DNA of 63,516 nucleotides, counting the filler, from Choristocarpus tenellus KU-1152 (Eukaryota > Protista > Phaeophyceae), in assembly GCA_964200185.2 (NCBI GenBank). It is 8 parts of 8 records of this genome, joined end to end, with 100 filler letters (N's around TTAATTAATTAA, not from the genome) between each part and the next. Parts side by side here need not be neighbours in the genome. Positions count along the whole stretch, not along the records: positions 10,222 to 31,438 come from CAXNAD020000358.1; positions 31,539 to 35,670 come from CAXNAD020016055.1; positions 35,771 to 40,964 come from CAXNAD020011547.1; 5 more parts are not named here. One strand, given 5' to 3'. The translations under genes and the position numbers were made by a program. The notes beneath the pieces were generated by a model. That model was not told the DNA's origin. It ran no database searches and worked only from the letters and a program-made list of their open reading frames with translations. Below, one piece after another: positions 26,068-39,666 of the stretch; position 1 is the stretch's first letter; every line of letters starts with the position of its first letter.

Positions 26068-26754
26068 TTAAGGGGTCATTATGGTATAGTGTGAAACAGA
26101 TGGAAACAAGCCGACAGGTTCTTCATAATGAAGGCTTGTCAAAAGAGTTGGTACATCAGTTGTAGTCGAGGGAAGACGCATATCTATAGGAAAATTCGCT
26201 AATGGCATTTTCGACAAAGTAGCAATGGGGGTAATTGGAGGGGATTGCCTTACATCAGTCATGTCCCTTGTCTCTGTCAAGTTGCGGATGAGGTCCATGT
26301 TTGGAGGACACTTCTCCTCCACTGCAGCCTTTAACTTATCATTGATCAGATTTATGCACAGGTCTCCAGCAGACGACGTCACTGATGGTGTAGATGGTGG
26401 TGCTGGTGGTGTTGTGAAAGACCTTGTGTGGGGCACATGTGCAGACTGAGAAACAGGCAGGGTTGGTGGTAAGGGAGATTGACTCATGGGGTGATAATCT
26501 ACCGACATCAGTTGTTGGACCACCCACTGATCCACCACAGAGGGTTTATGGACTAAACGTTTCCTCCCGTCCTCTAAAATGACCTCATCAAATGATAAAG
26601 GGTCTTGGTCATGAAATGGCGGTAGTAGATGTCCATCTGGTTCATTTTCTTTTAATTCCTCCGTCATGAAGCTCTGGAAACGATTGGTGATTGTCTGGAA
26701 TGTACTCTGTCGTCTCCTTGATCGAACTGTATGCCAATCAGACTGATTTGGCAT
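26068..26754 (-). CDS. 228-aa intronless Pro/Ser/Thr-rich ORF, possibly gag/ORF1-like remnant of an unclassified element
   Basis: ATG-initiated; longest ORF in an otherwise stop-riddled region; no recognisable domain. Confidence 0.35.
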   Translation of the reverse strand: MPNQSDWHTVRSRRRQSTFQTITNRFQSFMTEELKENEPDGHLLPPFHDQDPLSFDEVILEDGRKRLVHKPSVVDQWVVQQLMSVDYHPMSQSPLPPTLPVSQSAHVPHTRSFTTPPAPPSTPSVTSSAGDLCINLINDKLKAAVEEKCPPNMDLIRNLTETRDMTDVRQSPPITPIATLSKMPLANFPIDMRLPSTTTDVPTLLTSLHYEEPVGLFPSVSHYTIMTP

Positions 26755-29192
26755 ATGTGGTGCTCAAAGTACTGGTAATATACTCAGAGGATCCCCAAAA
26801 AGTACTGTAAAAGTACTCTCCCACTTCAAAGCGATTGCCGTCGTCGCCACTGTGAAACAGATGGAAGCAAGCCGACAGGCTCTTCGTAATGAAGTGGAGC
26901 GGGAAGACCCACAGGAGTCAAGATCAAAGAGAGACACAAGTCAGAGAAGGAGAGCAATCCCTCAGAAGATCATTCAGGAAAAGAGTGTTCAAGTGGTAAC
27001 TGGGAGAGGGGGGGGTTGGTAAGGTCACTCCAAACCACCCGATCTTACTTCAAGCAGATGTTATCTTCAATATGAACAAATGTCATATGAATATCATCAT
27101 GTTCAAGATAGGTCACCTTCAGCGTATACCTTCTGCGGAAGAATTCAAAGAAAAATAGGTTGGAGGGGTATCCTTAAATTAGCAACAATTGCTATTAATA
27201 CAGGGGTCCTTGTGATACTGGTTTGTCCTTTCCCCTACCACCTATGTAAAATGTAAGAGGGCGTAATAGTATTATATAGGAAGAATGTTACGACAATATG
27301 CCCTCCAACATCTTGGTGAGTAATGTTTTTTCTTTGGGAGGGGAATTGATATTAAGATAATGCGAACGACTTACTCTTGAATTGTAAATGGAGATACATC
27401 ATGAAACGTAGCATGGTTAAACGTTTAGCGCAATAGTAACCTTAAACCTTATTGGGGGAATTTATTTTGTCGTTACAAAAAAAAAATGAAAAATGGAAGT
27501 ATGACCTTTTTCGTTCCACAAGACATTCGCAAGCTTTGTCGCAGGTTTGAAAAGAACGGCAGTGAAGTAGATTGATTTTGTTCAATTCCGAACTCCATGT
27601 AGAGGATTGGGAGGACCAACACAGGAGGAGTACTGACAACCCCCCCCCCCGAACATAAGCGTGGGTGGAGCAGCATGAAATATTTCCGTGAAGGACTCTC
27701 ATCCCAACGGAGACGTGTGCAAAGTAAATTGGAAACGGGATATTTATCATAAGTTCTTTTTTGTTGTTTGTTTTTGTTCAGGCATGGAAACATTGTTGTA
27801 AAAGAAGCAGCGATTTATGTATGTAGGTTCATGCATGTAAGAAACAAAATGGTGTTATGTATCTGTTGATGTAGAGACAATGCGATGTGGTTAGAAATAT
27901 CACAGTCTCAATAGTGGTGATGGTATTGTTTGATGGTACGTAGTAGGTGAGATTGCTTGAGGGAGGAGGGTATTGGGTGCGGGGGGGTGATGGACAATTG
28001 CAATATTATACGCATGTTCTGTGGTAGTGCAAGTGTACTGGAACAGATGGAACACGTCAGAAAGGTATGGTTGTTGCCTGTTGAGTGTACAACGAAGTCA
28101 TTGTAGTCCCACTTGATCCTTGCATGCATGTTGTGTTTGATCCAAAAAAGAGTGGAATATCGGACTTTTTCTCCTCAAGTAAATATGTAGTAACAGGCGG
28201 CGAAGAAGATAAGGTACTGCCTTGGTATGAAGGAATGGAAGGAATGAGAGTCACATAGGTCCTATCTTGCCCATACACTCAAGGCAGCACATATACCCTG
28301 CTCAAACATATGGGTTATGTGCTTGTCACTGCAGGATAACGATTGCTTTATCCAACAATGAGCAAGTCTCACTTGTTCGTTTCAAATATGCAAAGACACA
28401 GTTCTCAGAAAGCGTGACGACCAACATGTTTAAACTTTTGCAGTGAAACGGGAAGCTTGCATCATGAACGAAGGCAGGCAGTTGCTGTCGGTCATGACAT
28501 CCGCATTGAGTTATGTCAATATCTCAAAATTATTCCAACTGCAGGGGTGGGAACACAACTACTGAGGTAGAAGAGAGCTGTCAGCCCTGTCGTTCATCCG
28601 TCAGTGAAATTCAGCAGGTCCAAACTGTACATCTGTACACCGTGGCTACATCCCACCTTCTACACAATAGATTGTATACAACTACACAATTGGTGGTAAC
28701 ATATTACAGATTACTACGAGAGAGGAATGCGAATTACATCACAGAGAAGATAGTAATATCTATTCATACACACATATGGACCGCCGTGTGATCACTGCTG
28801 TCGTTTTGGAGATAAGCACTTCTTCCTCTTCAAAAGACACCTACAATGTACCTTGGAGTATATGTCGCCATCTATGTTCACATGATTGCCACAACAAGTC
28901 CGTTGTATCATGTTCGTCCGCGAAGCAATCCATGCAAGCAAATTGAGGAATAGTGAGGAAATATCAATGTCGCACCAGTACATGTTACCTTTGTAAAACG
29001 GTTCAGCATACTTGTAGTTGGCGAGAGATTGTCCGTCAACTTCTCTGACATTCAGCACATATTAGCATTCTCGCAGCTTCAATGGAAAATCGTATCCGGA
29101 AGTAGATTGGGAAAATGCCCACCTACTTTATGTGCCCATGTGAATTAACAACACTGAGACAAGAAATTATTACCTCACATATGTTCCCAATT

Positions 29193-29451
29193 GAGTCAAA
29201 GTATCTTAAAGGGTAGAGTTGCGTCCATTAGGGGGCAAAATCCAATGTTCCGATTTGGATGTAATTATGGCTATCGTGTTTGTTAGGAAGTGTCAATATT
29301 CTTGTTCTGGACACACTTTTTTCATAATGTATACATTTTACCTACTCTTAAACATTTCGGAATGGGAAAAATGCCATCAAAAACCTGTGGGAAGTCAAGC
29401 TCCAAACGGAAAAACATGGCAAAACTCATACCCTCTAAGATACTTTCACTC
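29193..29451 (+). mobile_element. MITE family A, full copy
   Basis: Same TIRs and interior as 664-921; flanks AATT/GATT. Confidence 0.92.
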
Positions 29452-30699
29452 GATTATCTCTTTGCCCTTACATGTTACACATGTTTACTCGCAGAATCAT
29501 CAGCAACTTGGTTCACCTTCCAGCAACAGTAATGCATAGGAAAATTCTACGGCAGAAAAGAAAAGGACTATAGTGTCTTAGAGGGATGTGTGTGTACCTA
29601 CGTGGTTTGTTTGGGGGCTGATGGGGTATTATAAGATAACCCAGTTTGATGCCCCTTTGTGGTCTAGACAGGTGGATGGAGAAGGAAGGTGCACCTATAC
29701 GAAGGGAAATGCCCTTATATCTGACACACTCGTTCGTATGGCATGAAATCACCACAGGATAATATAGTACAGGGCTTGAATGGACGTCTGACCCTCCCTC
29801 GAGGATAATATGGGTCAGAAGACACAAAATCTTTTAAGACACATCTCTATTATTGTGACAACAGGTTAAGCAGGGGCTTCTAAAGGAAAAATTATATCCT
29901 AACCACCATCTACCCCATACTACTTCCTTTGAACCAATATTTTCTCGGACAGAACGCAATACCATCATCACCAATCATGAGAATTGTTCCACCACACTTT
30001 TGATGTAGTGATGCAATTGATATAGGGTGTGTGAGCAAAGTTACAAAGCATATTCACTGCTTTGACTCAACATGTCATAGAGGCTAACCTATTGGTGGTG
30101 ATCTTTTTCATTTCAATGAAACCCTGCTCCTAAAGGTTGGCATGGAAACAATAAATGCTGGAGCTCCATGCCCATCTCTTCAGATTAACCAGCAATCCAG
30201 TTTACCTGCCCGTAGGACAGCGTCATCTTGTCAAAGAATCGAGAGATGTACAAGATTGGAAGAAAGTTTACTAATACAAAGTCATCACGGAGTCCAGGGA
30301 CCGCAGCATCTCGTACCCCAAACTCTGGCTATTGATTTGGGCAATAGGCAAGATAACAAGCAGCTGAAAAAGCAGTTTATGAACCTCTAAGAGGCCCGGA
30401 TAACAATGCTATCTGATGAGAGCAAGAGCAGGAGAGGTCTTGAGGCACTTGCAGCTATGGCAATAGAAATGGAGAACTTGAGGATGGAACTAATTTATGG
30501 TGAAAGAGAGTGCAAAATAACATTGGGAAACTCCAGGCAAGGAGTATTCATTTGAGTTAATGTGTTGAAGTCCTGTGGAGTGTATTCTTCACTATATCAA
30601 CTCCACGACATATCTTCCGGGTGCTTTCGAACACCAACATTAGCATTTTTCAAACTGAGGCCCAGTGGTCTTGACTGGCAACAGGCGCTTAAGTACCTC

Positions 30700-31350
30700 T
30701 AATGAATCCAAATGATCGTGACTGAAGCCATCAATTTCTGCAACGTAGTCAAGGCTCTCAGGCCTTTGCTACAGCACAGATGGAAGAAATATGGGATCTT
30801 CTATCTCGCTGAGGCGAGATGATGGTTAACTGCACGGTTAGTACCACAGTTGTTGCTCATAACGATCAAGGTGCTAGACGCAACGGGCAAGAGAGCACAG
30901 CGAGTGGTGGACAAATATACTACCCTACAGGCCATATATATCGTTGGATGAAGCATGGAAATGGTGGAGGGGTAGACTTGCGGCGATGGTGAAAGTGAGC
31001 TTCAAGGCTATGGAAGAGGAGACAAATTCACTTTCCTCTGAGGCAAGGAACGCATCGCACTAGCAAGTTCAATGGTTGTATTGCTGCATCCTTTCCAGAG
31101 AATAGGACACTTTTGATAAGAGGCCCAGTATGGAATCAAGCAGGTATTGACCTGTACAATCGAATCAGACAGAATAGCAGACTTTTGAGTCAGGAGTTCT
31201 GTGGCGACCGTTTCGTTTGTGGTCAGTGTCCACAGCATAACAGCGTATCTGATGTTTCACGTTTCGCAGAGTTTCACAAAAAAAACATCATCGAAGTGCT
31301 GAATATGTGTTATAGCACTCTCCATAGGCTACCTCCACGGGATGTATAGC
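30700..31350 (+). pseudogene. Possible highly decayed hAT-like transposase
   Basis: Colinear weak echoes across frames: FCNVVKALRP, G*TCGDGES (cf. G.T...DGW.D), VVSV...NS (cf. VVTDNA), C...LH...RD (cf. C.AH.L.L..D). Confidence 0.25.
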
Positions 31351-31370
31351 TCCATTCCAAAAGCCTATAG

Positions 31371-31438
31371 GACCCAAAGTATCTGGGAGGGTGGGGGGGA
31401 TCTACACCAGGGTGTCCATTTGGACAGATCGGAAAGCG
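31371..31438 (-). mobile_element. MITE family B terminal fragment at contig end
   Basis: GACCCAAAGTATCTGGGAGGG...CTACACCAGGGTGTCCATTT is the reverse complement of the right end of 7774-7954. Confidence 0.8.
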
Positions 31439-34400
31439 NNNNNNNNNNNNNNNNNNNNNNNNNNNNNNNNNNNNNNNNNNNNTTAATTAATTAANNNNNN
31501 NNNNNNNNNNNNNNNNNNNNNNNNNNNNNNNNNNNNNNCGGAAGACCGGGTCTTCAATGACTTCCGTTACACAATTAACAATGAAAAGCTTGAGAAGCTT
31601 GGTTGGAGGGAGGCGAGTTCCCCCCCCCCACCCCCCCTAGTCACTAGTGGCACACTTTGTGCTTCATTTCTACTGTGCCTTCAACCCCCCACTCCTTTTG
31701 CGATCATAAATGACCCGTTTAACCTCCCTGAGTAATGTCAGTATTTAGAGGGTAGGACTGGGGCTTTCGAGAGCGCTGTTCAATGCTGTTGGCTGAACGT
31801 CTTGGCAAATAGATATTGATCGCGTTTGATTGGTCACGATGTCGGCATTGACATAATGCAAACTTAATTTTTCTTTTTTTGGGGGGGGGTGGGGTATGGC
31901 CTCACCTGCAATAACATTCCCGCCATGCATCAGTGTGGATGTTGATGATGTTGATGGTAGTGATGGTGATGGTGATGGTGTGAACAGACACTCCACCATT
32001 TTGTAAATTTTCCGCCTTCGCCCTTGTCAAAAACCAGGAGATGAGCTGGATGGATGGGCTGCGCAAGACGCTTGCTTGGTACAAGGAGTACTCATCGCGG
32101 TTTGGAAACATAGAGCAGTCTCTTGTAGCACACCCGAGGGCAGGCCTTGGCCCTGATAGTGAGGACATTTGATTAACAAGCTAGAGGGTAGATTGGGTGC
32201 AGAGTAAAGGGTTTGATACGGGCTAACCTCAAGGCTGTGCAATGGCCGGAAAATTTGCCGTGACTGGGTGTAGGGAGGTGGGGGCAGCAGGTGACTTCAA
32301 ACTGAAAAAATCAGCGATGGTATAGATGGGTCAAGCTAGGTGGATAGGTGAAACATGATTTTCAGGCTTGGCTGTTTACACTATTGAATCCCACCCTCAA
32401 CCTCTTACGACTCGAACGGTGGTACTCCTCAGATGACAAGGCATAGATATCGACGGAGAGGTTTTATGATATGTAGGAAGGCTTTTGGCTTTCTGGAATG
32501 TGTGCGGTAGTGATGTGCTACTGCTGGTATGTTCTGAACTTGTTTGTCCCGTTGAGTTGAGCTTGGCTTGCATAGTGGCCGGACACATAGAGGCCTAGTT
32601 GTAACAATATGGTTGTTGCTTGACATACATAAGCCATGCCGCAGATAATAGTAGTTTTATTTTTGTCTGTGGAGGAGTGAGGAAGGAAGAAGCGATAAGA
32701 CCTTTTTTAAACCTGAGTTGTTTTTTTGAGATGTGGATATCATCAGGAACAAAAATTGGTGAAATCGGAAGGGAAAGTTCGGTGTACGAACTCGAAAAAA
32801 AAATTATCTCGTGTCCAGGGTCCACAAGAATGAACAGCAACGCTTTTCCGTACGATGATATGATTCAATACAACGAGGGCTTTGTCTTCCAACCGCCTCC
32901 TCCTAGGACGTCAAAGTGGGTTTGTGGAGCGTGACGATATATGCTACCATACTATTCTACGATTCTTTCATCTCCTGACGCAATTCCTCAGACGGATACA
33001 ATGATGTGCAGACTCAATTGTATGCAAAAGTCGACCAACCTCGATTGGTAGCTATCTCACTGAAATAGGCATAAAATAGAGTAGTAGAGTACATTTTGTG
33101 ATGAGATGAGCGATGAGATTGTTCTCACCAATCATAGGCACCTATTTCAATAAGAGCATGAATGTTGAAAAGCCATGCTTTCTTTCTTTCTTTCCCTTCC
33201 GAATTCTTGGAATTCCTCTCCCATCTCATCTCTCAAAAAAAAAAAATCCGTTTACACACAGCCTAAACCTGTTGAGCACACACATTGAGAGGGTGAGGTG
33301 ACCGCTTTTTCTATCTGCTTTTATTATTGTTCCATATCCTACTCCAATAATTGGGTGCCTTTCTTCCCAAGTACCTTGGAGTACATACGATGACAGTAGG
33401 GAGTTGGAGGAGTCAAGTCCTCATGATTTCCTCCAGTCTTTTTGAAGAACGTCAACTTCAGAAGTATAGGGTGTATTGATGCGTACTATACTTTTTTCGT
33501 AATCACAATAGAGTTGTAGGTAATGGGCGTTGGTTTTTAGAGACTATTCGAACAGTGGAACCCTGGTCATTATTGAGATGGGATATGCATGGTTCTTATC
33601 TACATCGATGCTGGCTTGCTAGTATGTAAGGTATATTAGATATAGCATGTGGATCCATGCTCACAGGATTAAAGTTGGGCGATCCAGCATGTGGAAGGGC
33701 GTCAACTTTTCAGATAAAAGCAGACATTGGCTTTGACAGAATCTAGGTGGGTTGGCATATTGGTGTGGTGGTGTAAGTTTTATCAAGAATGCTGTAGTGT
33801 AAACTTGCCGTACTGTCAGCATTTTGTTCACATTCATACCACACTACCGACCGAACGCATGCTATTTTCATGCCTTCATTGCCCTTGTTTTGTTGTCCTA
33901 GCATCTACTGGGTGGTTGAGATGGTGATGGGATACCTCAGAGTGAACGTGCAAAACATATGCATTGTTCAAGTTATGGGGTGCACTCAAAACTCTCTCGT
34001 TTGGCTTACATTCAGTAGAAATAGTAGTAGCCTCGTGAAGGGTTACTTATTGTACAAAAAAATTGGGATCTAGATAAGATACGCGTTGTATCGTAGCTCA
34101 GTAGTGAGTCCATACCATCGCATGATTGTTGGATCTGTCTAGCCAAACTTACACGAGTCATAAGGAAAGGTGAACCACTTTAGTGCCTTGAACTAGAGAA
34201 GAGGGCAGTACCTTTGTGCTATCTACTGGTACCATTTTAGAGTTACCACCATTTTAATACCTTTGTGCCTACGAAAAAAAGGGATGCTTCAAAGGACACG
34301 ATGAAGGTAAAAAACCTGTCACTAACTTCATAAATTTACTACAGTTTTCCACTATATTTCCCAAATTCTGACCTATTTTTTCTGTTCCGGAATCTGAAAA

Positions 34401-35459
34401 TGTTCAGAAATACACGCTCGCATATATATTTCCTGTCTCCCTGTTTTTCCCTTGTTGGATGTTTTGGGAGGGTGCCCTGAGCAAAGCTACTCTAACGTCA
34501 AAGTTAGTATGAAAGCAATTCATATAGCTGACTGACCATGCCATGGTGCTCATGTCAAATTGTCTGCATACATAAACACCATGTGCAAGCAACCAGCAGT
34601 AGACTGGGTTGGAAGCCTCCTAATATATGACAAGCATATTGAGTTGCGACCTAGGTTCCTTTTATTTGGGCGGACCCATGTCAAAATAGTGGCCACACCT
34701 CTTCTTTGTCTCAAAGGGTGTACTGTGAACTGACCCTGTGAAGAGGGTGAACGTGGAATCATGAAGTTCATTAAAGGGGACACACACACGATGTGGACTC
34801 TCATATGTGTAAGGGTATCTTTAGACATCTCTTGGAAAAATATTTCTTCTAACGAAAAAAGTATACCATTTTTGTTCTTTTCAATCTATTTAAGCATGTA
34901 CAGAGAGAGTAGGGTAAGGGGGGTGGTATGATGACAGTAACTCATACATACACATACCATTTCATATATTTCCTTTTCCTCGGCACTATCTTTCCACCAA
35001 ATGTCTGGGAAGATTTGTTGGCAATGGGATTTCTGTCTAGGTCGTTCTACTATAGTGTTGGAAGTTGCCTCTAGGACGAGACCAATCTTGATTTTTTTTT
35101 AATGGTTGCCCAACGAGTTAATCAACAACGAGTGTATCAAATGAAAAGTCTGGGTCTAAGTTATCACTGGTGCAAAGGAATTTGTTCGGAAATGTTTTTG
35201 GTAAGGTTAAATTTTAACCGAATGTTTTCGGCGCAACCTTGGAAAGGTTCCGGAATGAATTATCACGATCAAACATATTTTTACGAAAGAATTCATTTTC
35301 ACCAATGATAGCTTAGATTCAGAGATTCATTTGATATGCTGATTATCGATTAATTTGTCGGGCAACCCTTTCAAAACAATCAAGATTGGTCACCGCCAAA
35401 ACAGTACGTGGGCTAACCTCGGCATAATGCTGTTCAAGCCACTCATAGGATACGATTCT

Positions 35460-35670
35460 GGTTGAGCGTCTTGAAGGACAGTGCTCAATGCTTCCGAAGT
35501 ACCATGTGAATTGAACCCGATAGAGATGGTCTGGGGACGGGCGAAGCACTATGTACGAGGGCACTGTGACTACAGGTTGCCTTGAATGAGTGCCAACATT
35601 CTTGTCGTCTTAAGGAGGAAGGGGGGCTGTCCAGAGTAATTGTGGAGAGGTTCTTCAGGTTGAGTAATGC
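35460..35670 (+). pseudogene. Tc1/IS630-type DDE transposase fragment, frameshifted, cut by contig end
   Basis: LPKYH[-1]CELNPIEMVWGRAKHYVRGHCDY matches the DDE_3 motif LP..H.ELNPIE..W...K; 1-bp deletion near 35506 and a later stop. Confidence 0.8.
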
Positions 35671-35846
35671 NNNNNNNNNNNNNNNNNNNNNNNNNNNNNN
35701 NNNNNNNNNNNNNNTTAATTAATTAANNNNNNNNNNNNNNNNNNNNNNNNNNNNNNNNNNNNNNNNNNNNCCCCCGTGATGCTCCATACTCCTAACAACA
35801 ATCCACATTCCCCCACTACAATACCCTACGATGTTCATCTGAACAG

Positions 35847-37702
35847 GGATCAAAAGGAGACCTTTATCAGCAAGATGTTCCAATCCCCGATCTACACCCA
35901 TTTTCAGCCCCCAAAGAGCCCACAGCTCCTGATGACCCTGTCGCAGATGAGCTCTCTGAGCTGTTGGAGGGCATGGATATTCTTGGCAGGGGTAGAGTGG
36001 CAATAGCACCATTAACACGAATGAATCCTGCTGAGTCTGGGGGAACTCAACATCATGAACATGATGAGCTATCCGAGGTTATTGCAAGGCTAGCTCTATG
36101 TGACAATTCCGATGACTATGGTCACCACTCTGCAGGTGCTACACCTGTCTACAATGAAATGAATCCTGCGGCAGATCCCCTAGTCCTAGCCTCTGCAGCA
36201 GCCCAGGGGAAGCTCCCCACCCTATCTGCTGAGCGCACCCCCACTGGCACGGACTTGAACTTCAGCACTGGGGATGAATCGGGCCATGACAGAACAGTCA
36301 TAAGCAGTACAAAGGATAGCTGTGACAGGCGTTCATCAACCAGTATTGATGACGAGAAAGTATTGGCCCCAGAGAATATTACAATCGAAAAGGGGGACTG
36401 CGAGGTCAGCGGCAGTGAGAGTTGTATTAAACTTGAAGAGGACAGTACTGAAGATCTTAATGATAGGTGTAGTATGCCTCATGGAGAGATCAGGCATGAG
36501 ATTTCCACCAACTGCCACAATGACATGGTCACCAAAGACAGTAGTGGGGATGGCGTTTATGCCCAAAAAGGGAGGTTGGAGATAGGCAACATGAAGAAAA
36601 TGTCAATGTTCCAGGCACCACAAGATAACATGGTGGGTATGACCACAGCAGTAGCGGCAATGACCCCACGATTGCCACCTTCTGAGCCCACTGCATTTGA
36701 TGATAAGGCTGCTTTTGCTCTCCTCCAGCAGCAGCAGTTGTTGGTCATCTTCTATCGTTGCATTGCACAAAATACACCTAGGTCCAAGGAAGAGAAGGAG
36801 GTAATGGAGGAAGCTAAGAAACTGTGGAATCACCTGGTGCAGCAGGGTCACGATTCCATTTGCAAGGTGAGAATAGAGGGAAGTTTTGTCTGCTATGGAT
36901 GGTGCTGGCGGTAAGGCAGACAGCCCTGCTACCTTGTCTCCTGCAACTACAGGCACCCACAAGAGCCAAACTCCGGACATGTACTGAGCTATGCCAAGAT
37001 CTTGTCGTATATCTCCCACTAGAGTTCTGAGGTGACTGTGTGGTAGCATTAATCTGTGATGTTTAGTTTGTTGTTTTCATAATGTGTTCTGGGATGCTTC
37101 TCTTTTGCAGCAAACCTATACACACTGCAGGCTGCACTCTTTGACATAGAGTGAGCCAAAGTATGTGAGAGGTACCCAGAGTTTCATTTTAAGGACACCA
37201 ACAATTGTGTCCAAAAGTTGCCTTTTTTACAAATGCATGTAGAATATTTTCTTATTCTGTAGAAAAGTCTCAAACAATAGAAAAATCAATTCTCTCAAGT
37301 CAAATTTAGCACTTCATCCATAGAGATATGGGTGAATTGCATAAGATTGGAAAACTGACTTCAAATGCAAAACCTTCATAACTTAGTTGCATTGCTGAGT
37401 GTTAGACCAGTCAAGGCGGCCTCTCTATGAGTACCTTACTCTTGCCCTCTCGCCATTGTGTTCTCAATCAAATCTACGCTTTTACCTGGTCATCTCACCC
37501 TGGATTGTCTCTTCCGTGCTTGTTTTTTCAACCCATCAATACCACATCTTGCCTGCTGTGCAAGCAGAGCAGCCTCTGCACCAACTCCTACATTCTCCTG
37601 AGCCACTTCTATGGTTGCAAGCATCACCGCTGTGAGGTTTGCAGTCCTGTGCGCCAACTAGCCTCTTGGAGAAGACTTGAACGAGGTCTTTGTCTCCCCT
37701 AA
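35847..37702 (+). CDS. 3' part of a TAZ zinc-finger protein (exons 35847-36866 and 37568-37702)
   Basis: Long acidic disordered exon, then QQQQLLVIF..C...AKKLWNHLV...C|SSLCTNSYILLSHFYGCKHHRCEVCSPVR, matching the TAZ C-terminal H-x3-C-x4-C-x2-C-x-PVR pattern; phase-0 GT-AG intron. Confidence 0.75.
37153..37380 (+). mobile_element. MITE family C copy in the intron of the TAZ gene (end approximate)
   Basis: Starts GAGCCAAAGTATGTGAGAGGTACCC; interior homologous to 7010-7270. Confidence 0.7.
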
Positions 37703-39078
37703 CCGTGGGCTAATTGTTCATCTGCATGAGAGTGATCTGTGTTGGACTTACGCACTTTTTTTCATCAAGCAATCCCAGATTGCAATCTTTGATGAATGAT
37801 GAATACGTGTGGCAGAGAGGGAGGTGGTAGGTGATATATGGGGTTGATGTAAGAATCGCTCATTTTTGGCCCATCAGGAGAAGATGAGGGGGTAATGTGC
37901 CAATTGTGGATGAACGTTTTGAGATGAGCAAACAGAACGAAGTCTGTATCATATGTCCTACAGACAACGTGAGATGCTGAATGAACTATTTGGGTGATTC
38001 GATTGAACACCTAAATTACAAGGTGATGAACTGTGGACTTTTTGTAAGTGGAGGTGTGTGTGGCAAAAAGCGTAACTAGTTATTTTGTTACATATATATT
38101 GAGTTGGTTACGTGTAAGTAAAGGCAGGAGTGGTGCCATTTGAAAATTTTACTGACTGTATCAATTCTAGAGAATGTAATGTGATTGACGTGTTGAAGGC
38201 GAATTCCTGTACTCCAATTTGAATGTACTTCAAAACCATACACTCTGAAGTGGGAGTGGATCCTTGTGGGTGAACAAGTTTCCCATCCACAAACTTATGG
38301 CCGCAGGAGTATGGAATGCCTTCCTTCTCGCACTGAGGGTGCCCAAGTAGATGGAGATCTATGCTCCATGTTTGATTTTGTATTAAGTTGCTGAAGCTCT
38401 GATTTGAAGTATATTCTCATGTGCATATGACAAGCATCTTGTACTGCTATTACTACAATAGTTCACCTTGGTTTAGGGTTGTGGATGATGCTACTACTGT
38501 TGCTTATGCTATCAAATTGTGGATGGCGTAGTACCTCACATTCTTGTTGCTATTATACCATTTCCAAGGGTAGTGCGGTTGAGTACTTGTTGGAAAGGCA
38601 CTGTTTTGTGTGTGTGTGTGTATGAGGGAGTGACTATGAGTGCATGTGCGCATTAGTGTTATTTTTGTCTGAAGATAGTTGTTGTGAGCATTTGATTATT
38701 GAATTTTTGTCGATGCTCTTTATAATTTTATTTCATTCTGTATCTTCTACGACTGGAGTTATTCCACCTTGGTTGTGTTAAATGTGTCGGTTCTGACCGA
38801 CTTATGGCACTATGCACATCCTTCTGAAACATCAATATGGTGATCTATGTTTTGGACACGAACAACACATCGGATGTGGGAAGTTGTAGATGTATGAAAG
38901 ACACAAAGTGTATCTCTAGATGGGCAATTCACTCTCATGGTCAACTCTTTGTTGTCTTAGTGTTTTGCTGCCTTGTACTACGTCACTAGTTGCCGAGTTA
39001 CAGCCTCCAGACACGGATTGGAGGAACTATTGCTGGACTTTGAGGCATTGCATTGTTTGTAAAGGTTATTTGGCACTG

Positions 39079-39263
39079 GACTCAAAGTAGTTGTGGGGGG
39101 GGGGGGGGGGAGGGCTATGCCGCGGTGTCCATTTGAGCCCTGACAAGGAGAAGTGCACTTACATTGTCCATCTGACCCATGCAACCAAATCAACCAAAAA
39201 TCGCGGCATGGAAAAATAGGTCCAAAATGGACAGTCGGCCCCCACCCCCAGATACTTTGAGCC
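39079..39263 (-). mobile_element. MITE family B, full copy
   Basis: GACTCAAAGTA..G(n)...CCCCAGATACTTTGAGCC; 3-bp duplication CTG/CTG. Confidence 0.88.
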
Positions 39264-39666
39264 CTGACTTGGGTCGATCTAACACTCAAAGAGCACAAAG
39301 TTGGCCGTAGATACTACTTCTATACTACTATCCACTAGTTGAGGTTTCTGCCGTATGGGAGGAAGAACCAGCAGAGTCATCCTCAATTTGTTCAAAGAGA
39401 CCTGTGTTAAGTGCATATAATAACTTGTCCCAATAATGTTTTCTGTTTGTATGCAAATGTAAATTGCTTTTGGTGAATGTATTCAATCTCCTGGGTGGTA
39501 CTACTCGGTTGGAGTAGGATGGACGTTTTCCCATCGTTACAGTCTAGCTAATATCGTGAGATTGTTTGATACTTAAAGGTAACCACTTCATTAAGCTGGT
39601 ATCAGAGTCTGCTTGCATGGGGCTTATGTATATGTGCGTACAACTCTGAATAAGACATGGAGGTAT

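Noticed and set aside
31902-32242. Possible exon with a (CAT/CAC)n tract
   Set aside because: No recognisable protein or phase-consistent neighbouring exons.
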